Of a stretch of DNA of 64,000 bases, positions 57,354 to 64,000 are shown piece by piece. Numbering within the stretch: position 1 is the first letter of the stretch; the number at the start of each line of letters is the position of its first letter. Under the pieces are notes generated by a model that saw only the letters and a list, made by a program, of their open reading frames with translations, made no database searches and was not told the DNA's origin. Position numbers and translations under genes: made by a program. Source of the DNA: Octopus sinensis (taxonomy: Eukaryota); NCBI RefSeq assembly GCF_006345805.1, contig NC_043023.1, positions 17,608,001-17,672,000 of the forward strand. The letters are read 5' to 3'.

Positions 57354-57453
57354 ATAAATAGATAGATAGATAGATAGTTAGTCAGTTAGATAGATAGATA
57401 GATAGATAGAAAGATAGATAAATAGACAGACAGATAGACAGATGGATAGATAT

Positions 57454-57532
<79 letters not shown>

Positions 57533-57533
57533 C

Positions 57534-57570
<37 letters not shown>

Positions 57571-57659
57571 CAGATGGATAGATAGATAGGTAGATAGATA
57601 GATAGATAGAAAGATACATACATACATACATACATACATAGATAGACAGACAGATAGAC

Positions 57660-57745
<86 letters not shown>

Positions 57746-57790
57746 GTAGGTAGATAGATAGATAGACAGATAGATAGATAGGTAGATAGA
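57350..57790. repeat. ~440 bp (GATA)n tetranucleotide array
   Basis: Read directly; shorter homologous tracts at 32458-32550 and 35347-35420. Confidence 0.95.
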
Positions 57791-58546
57791 TATTAATGTG
57801 TATACGTTTGTGTGCCTGTGTTTCTCCCCACAACATCGCTTGACAACCGATGCTAATATATACATACATGCATGTGTGTGTGGGCGGGTGTGATAGTAGA
57901 TTAGTAGATTGATTGCATATTTCTTTCATTATTTCATCAGAGCTTTCTTCTGCCAACAAATGCCGATATGGGAATTTTTCGAAATTCCCACTAATTCTAC
58001 GGAAAACTTTTTCTAAAAGAATTCCAATATAATCAGCATGTACACCATATGTCAAACATTTTATTAAAAATAACAACCTTTCTTTAAGTTAAACCGAAGC
58101 AAATTCGAGGGTCATATTTGTGCAGGAATAACCCATAGGCATTCGATACAGATTGTGTACGTACGTGCAAAAACAGTTTGTGTGAGATTTGGCTGCTTTT
58201 TCTAGCATGTGGATATCCTGTTTGAAGCCCGTAGAATCGGGAGGGGTGGAGGTTGAAGCAGATTGAGATGGCAACCTCAATAGTCGGGTAGTATGATAAA
58301 AGCACCGAACCCATGCCGTGAATTGGTTGATGTTAGGAAAGGCATCTAACCAGAAATAGGAGACCAAAGCAGACATTTGAGCGGAGTGCAGTCCTTGGAT
58401 CCTGTCCAGTCCTTGCAAGAAAGGAACATGGATGTTAGATGATGATGACAATGATGGTGATGTTATTTACTTTGTTGATGATGACAATCAAGGAAATGAT
58501 GAATATGATTATAAGCAATTTAGAATTGTTTTGTAAATGATTATTG

Positions 58547-58615
<69 letters not shown>

Positions 58616-58693
58616 GGTGTGTGTTAATTAGCTTGCTAACGAACGACATGGTTCCCCGTTCAGTCCCACTGCGTGTTACCTTGGGTATGTGTC

Positions 58694-58730
<37 letters not shown>

Positions 58731-60189
58731 TGTGTGTGAAGCAAAATTGAAGGGTACAATTGTGTAGGAATATCCCATAGGCGTTCGATACAGAGTACAC
58801 ATGTATGTTCCAAACGCAGTTTGTGTGCGATTTGCTGCTTTTTCTAGCATGTGGATATCCTGTTTGAAGCCCATAGAATAGGGATGGGAGAGGGTTGATG
58901 CAGATTTTTTAATTTTATTTTGGAAAATTTGCAGAATCATAATCTGGTTTATTTTTATCACCTATTTTGCCCCAAAAAATTTTGGAAAGCGAAAAATGAA
59001 GAAAGGAGGGTGCAATTGAAATTTTGAAGCGGTATTAACATAACCGAAAACATGGTTCTCCGTAAAAAATACAAAAGCGTGTTAGGGTGGGTTACGTCTT
59101 CACAATGTGTACCTCACCTTACCACCAAGGTGAATAGGAGAAAGACATTTCTCGTAGAAGTTTAGGAGGGGAGAAATGCTTCAAATTGCACACAGCCAGG
59201 TTTCTCTCACTACTACCACATCCAAATTTTGCGACCTGAGGTCATTGAGGAAAATCCGTTGTTTCCAATTCGTCGCCTGGCTGCAAACATTTGAAGACCT
59301 TACGTTGAGTGTGAACATGAAGAAAAAATTTGGTCTACCTTAGGTTAGAGATGGGCGTTAACCACTCACGTTTCATTTATTTAGGAGCTAGTGAAGTCTT
59401 CATGTGTGTGTGTATGTGCGTGCGTGTGTGTGAGTGAGTCTTCATTTTTAGGTGTGTCCTTATCCTACGATCGCAGCCTGACACGTTGTTGCTTTGTTTA
59501 TGTCTCTATAAAGCAACGTTCATTGATAGAGGAAGGAAGAATAAGGACAGATTAAAAATACATAAATAAACACGTAAAGCTAACCCGACGGAGACGCTTC
59601 AAGGCGGTGCCCCAGCATGGCCACAATCCAATGAATGAAAGAAATCCAAGGAAAAGAGCAATTTACTAAAACCTTCGATGTAAGGATGTACTATAGAGCT
59701 TATTACTGCATTACTCCAGGTTTCCGAGAGAGAGAATAGTAATAGAATGATTAATATATATATATACATTCTTACAATATACTGTGACTGGTTGCTGTTA
59801 TATCTCGACGTTGCAAAGGCCGATAAAGGTTGATAAAGTTTTATCATGGAATGATATGTCACAAACTGCGTGATCTTGGCATAGTTGGAAAATTGTGAGA
59901 ATGGCTTCATGACTTTCTGAAGTATAGAAGTCAGGTGGTAGTAGCCAATGGGGCCTGTGTGCCTGCAATGTGAGCTGGGGACAAAATATACAAGGGGGCT
60001 GAAAAGAGTAGCATGCAGTTCATTACTAAAATTTGCTTTATAGAGACATAAACAAACCAGCACCATGTCAGGCTGCAATCGTAGGACAATGACACACATA
60101 AACATGAAAATACACACACGCACACACACACACACACACAGACATACACAAACACACACACATATAAACACACACACACATACACAAAC

Positions 60190-60231
<42 letters not shown>

Positions 60232-60959
60232 CTTCCAAGGTTCAAGTAATGCAAACGATAGGCCGTAAAAATTAATTTATATTTAAGGCAGATAAAATAA
60301 ATTATAAAATAGTGTTAAGGGAGGTAACTCTCAAATATAAGTCATAATTGACGTAAAATATCCATGTTTAAGTTAGTGTATATTTTTTTGCGTGTGTGCT
60401 TTTTTGTTCGGTGTGTTCAAACACTTCTATCCTTGAATCTGTTTGTATATGCGGGTTTCTATGTGTGTATGTGTATGTGTATGTGTGTGTGTGGGGGTGG
60501 GGGTGTTTGCGAGAGAGGGAGAGGGAGGGAGAGAGGAAAGCATGGGAGGTTGGAGTAATGCAGTAATAAGCTCTATAGAACATCCTTACATCGAATCTTT
60601 TAACAGTTTGCTCTTTACCCTGGATTTCCTTCATTCATTGGATTGTGGCCATGCTGGAGCACCGCCTTCAAGATTTCTGACGGGTTAACTGGACCTATTT
60701 ATTTATTTATTTGTAATTTCTACTTATTCTTCCGTCTTGTAATGTTTAAGTTGCTTTATATAGACATAAACAAAGCAACACCGTGTCAGGCTGCAATCGT
60801 AGGATAAGGACACTCATAAACATGAACACACACACACCTAGAGACTTCACAAGCTCCTAAATAAATAGAACTGTATGTTTTAACGCCCATCTCCAACCTA
60901 AGTTTTTTCTTCATGTTTACACTCGATGTAGGGTGCTTAAATGTTTATATCCTGTCATC

Positions 60960-61600
60960 GAATTGGAAATAAGGCATTTTCCTCAATGACCTCGTGTCAC
61001 TTAATTTGGATGTGTTAGTAGTTAAAGAAACCTGGCTGAGTGGACTGACAAGCAATTCTCCCCCCCCCCTAAACTGTACGAGAAATTTATTTCTCCTGGT
61101 CACCCAGAATGTGAAGAGGGGCGGTCGTAGTTCTGCTCAAGAAAAACTGGATTTAGCATCAAGAGTAATCTTTATTGATCCGGGGGTGGGAGTAGCCTGG
61201 TCGTCTTTGATGTAACCCTCATCATTGATAAATCTTTCAGGCTGGGGGCTGTTTATGAACTCCGACGGCCGGACAGTTAGACAATTTTCTAGGCTAGAGA
61301 ATTTTCTAGGAACGTCACACTCCTTAGTGGATTGCGTTTGCTCGAATGCGGATAGGAGAAACACCTACCGCTTCGATCTGCTTAAGCGTTTTTTGCTGGC
61401 AAATCTGTATATACTGGAACAGCCAGACGCTCCAATGTGGACATGGATGAATAGCGATGGGTCTTCTAGATCTTATATGGACAGGCTATTTCTTAGATGT
61501 ATAGATAAAGATGTATTTGTGGGTGCACAATTTCACTACGTCAACTACAGTGATCAGAAGCCTGTGACCATTAAGTTTGACCTCGAAAGGTTACATAGGT
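60960..61600 (+). mobile_element. Tx1/L1-type endonuclease fragment (copy 3)
   Basis: ORFs 60994-61215 and 61225-61602. Confidence 0.75.
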
Positions 61601-61974
61601 AAGCTTCCGGCTTCTAGAAGCTCCTTAGTTACCTTGGATTTCTTTCATTCATTGGATTGTGGCCCTGCTGGGGCACCGCCTTGAAGAATTTTCGTCGCTT
61701 TAACTGGACCTATATATTTATTTATTTACTTGTAATCTGTTCTTATGCTTCCGACTTGTAACGCTAAACGTTGCTTTATAGTGACATAAACAAAGTAACA
61801 ACGTGTCAGGTTGCGATCAGATGACAAGCATACACACAAAATATCTCACTAACGCATGCACACACATACATACATACACGCAAAAACAGCCACACAAACA
61901 CACATACACACACCCTTAATACATATACGCATTCAGATATGCGTGTACATGTAAATATTCACCCATGCTTGCGT

Positions 61975-62305
61975 ATATTCATACATACATACATACATAC
62001 ATACATACATACATACATACATACATACATACATACATACATACATGCATACATACATACATACATACATACATACATACACATATATATACATATATAG
62101 ACATACATTTATATATAATCACAGTATACATACATGCATGCATGCATGCATACATACACATATACATACATAAACGCATACATATATGCATACATACATA
62201 CATACATATATACATACATACATGCATGCATGCAAATATACATACATGTATACATATATGCTTGCATACATACACATATACATACATGCATGCATGCATA
62301 CATAT

Positions 62306-62338
<33 letters not shown>

Positions 62339-62380
62339 CACATATTCATGCATATATATATGTATGCATGTGTATGTAAG
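61975..62380. repeat. (TACA)n/(TA)n/(TGCA)n compound microsatellite (homologous tracts at 38730-39110 and 52530-52870)
   Basis: Read directly; gives the HTYI-type spurious ORFs. Confidence 0.9.
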
Positions 62381-62391
62381 TGAAGGCGCAT

Positions 62392-62640
62392 GGCTTAGTG
62401 GTTAGGGCATTCGGCTGACGATTGTAAGGTTGTGAGTTCGATTCCCGGCGAGGCGTTGTGTCCTTGAGCAAGACACTTTATTTCCCGTTGCTCCTGTACA
62501 CTCAGCTGGCAAAAATGGGTTGTACCTGTATGTCAAAGGGCCGGCCTTGTCACACTCTGTGTCACGCTGAATCTCCCTGAGAACTACGTTAAGGGTACTC
62601 GTGTCTGTGGATTGCTCAGTCACTTGCACGTTAATTCCAC
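62392..62640 (+). mobile_element. Well-preserved tRNA-derived SINE with a CORE-like segment
   Basis: A box tggcttagtgg, B box gttcgattccc, then tgtccttgagcaagacacttt. Confidence 0.8.
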
Positions 62641-62864
62641 GAGGGTACATATCCGGGAATATTTGTTAATGGATAACCGGCAGTCACCCATGCATAACAG
62701 CATAGCCTCTCTGTGCCAACAATGTTATCCAATGGCAAGTCAAAGACAGATGCAGCTTCGGCCCAGGGATGTCACAACTCATTTCAACAGTTGAGTGAAC
62801 TGGAGTAAAGTGAAATAAAGTGTCTTGCTCACTAACTTCAACACACAGCCGTTCCATGAATCGA

Positions 62865-63200
62865 CAATGTTCGCAAAAGTAGGAGCTACCCTCATCCCTA
62901 TCACCGTGCCCGATTTTTGTCTATAATTGTCCTCGTTTAAGTTGAAGAAGTTGTTATGTAGGATGGATTTTGTTCCTTCAACAATGAATTCCTTTCTTAT
63001 TCGGTCATTTGGGAAATTTTCCTGCCAGGATTCTACAGCCATTATTCCGAAATCGTGAGGAATCGATGTGTAGAGGTTTATTATATCGAATGAAACCAGA
63101 AAGGAGTCCTTACGGGAGATAGTTTAAAAAGTTCAGATCATCCCTTATAAAACTCGGTATATGTTTCACATTCCAAAAAGTGTATCCTTCAATTTTGTAA
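62865..63200 (-). mobile_element. Penelope-like element RT fragment
   Basis: Minus strand: LVSFDIINLYTSIPHD and ILHNNFFNLNEDNYRQKSGTVIGMRVAPTFANI (SFDV.SLYT.IP and Q..G.AMG-like motifs of PLE RT). Confidence 0.7.
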
Positions 63201-63296
63201 AGAAAAATATTTCAAATTTCTGTGCAATTAGCTCTAATTTCTATTACCATATACGGTCGCATACAAAACGTGCGAAACTGGGCCGTAATCTGTCAA

Positions 63297-63411
<115 letters not shown>

Positions 63412-63464
63412 TATGTCTGTCCCCACAGCATCGCTAATATAATTATATATATATATATACATGT

Positions 63465-63620
63465 AGGCGCAGGAGTGGCTGTGTGGTAAGTAGCTTGCTA
63501 ACCAACCACATGGTTCAGGGTTCAGTCCCACTGCGTGGCATTTTGGGCAAGTGTCTTCTGCTATAGCCCCGGGCCGACTAATGCCTTGTGAGTGGATTTG
63601 GTAGACGGAAAATGAAAAAG
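63465..63620 (+). mobile_element. tRNA-derived SINE head, second family (related pieces at 35085-35220, 36375-36470, 58615-58700)
   Basis: A box tggctgtgtgg, B box ggttcagtccc, then gggcaagtgtcttctgctatagcc. Confidence 0.75.
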
Positions 63621-63630
63621 AAGTATGTCG

Positions 63631-63707
<77 letters not shown>

Positions 63708-64000
63708 TATGTATGTATATGCATATATACATATATATATATATATTGGACAGATTTCCATGCAGTTTCCATGCATAAATATGTATGTATGAATGTATGT
63801 ATGTATGTATGTATGTATGTATGTATGTATGTATGTATGTATGTATGCATGTGCGAACGTATGTATGCATATATGTAGGTCTGGTTGCATGCATATATGT
63901 ATATGTATGCGTGTATGTATGTGTGCAAGCATTCATGTATATATATATGTATGTATATATGTATATATGTGTGTATATGTATATATGTATAAATGTATGT

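Larger units (their letters stand above)
44430..61960. repeat. Large tandem segmental duplication (44430-~52500 vs 54690-~61960)
   Basis: Collinear matches: 44428/54687, 46000/56229, 49305/58861, 51540/60960, 52300/61720. Confidence 0.85.

Noticed and set aside
62392-62470. tRNA-like sequences with A and B boxes (also 44761, 55021, 63465, 21257)
   Set aside because: No complete cloverleaf, and they continue into SINE bodies; called SINE heads, not tRNA genes.

Overview
AT-rich, microsatellite-dense eukaryotic DNA. The SINE families, (TA)n tracts and TE content look like Octopus/coleoid cephalopod; this is inferred from remembered repeat motifs, not from a search. About 1-29 kb: one 5'-partial, intron-containing adhesion GPCR gene on the + strand. 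I reconstructed 13 phase-consistent GT-AG exons (422-28982, 2018 nt in window, ~672 aa) encoding HormR, GAIN, GPS (HL|TSF), 7TM and a short tail, most like ADGRG/GPR126-type receptors. Its introns hold a full-length defective mariner, an IR/DR Tc1 element, Helitron-like composites, RLE-type (R4/Dong-like) LINE fragments, a DD37D fragment, a SINE cluster and long inverted repeats. About 30.3-64 kb: no host gene recognised. It is a mosaic of a few repeated modules (CR1/L2-type RT fragments, Tx1/L1-type endonuclease fragment, RTE LINE, SINE pieces) in tandem and inverted copies, mostly joined at (TA)n tracts. Best leads: an orphan diverged copy of the TM4 exon downstream of the gene, competing C-termini (one ending inside a Tc1 TIR), non-canonical Stachel/TM6 residues, and the nested duplication/fold-back architecture including a 467-codon chimeric ORF. 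All alignments were done by eye, and repeat boundaries are approximate unless TSDs or termini are quoted.
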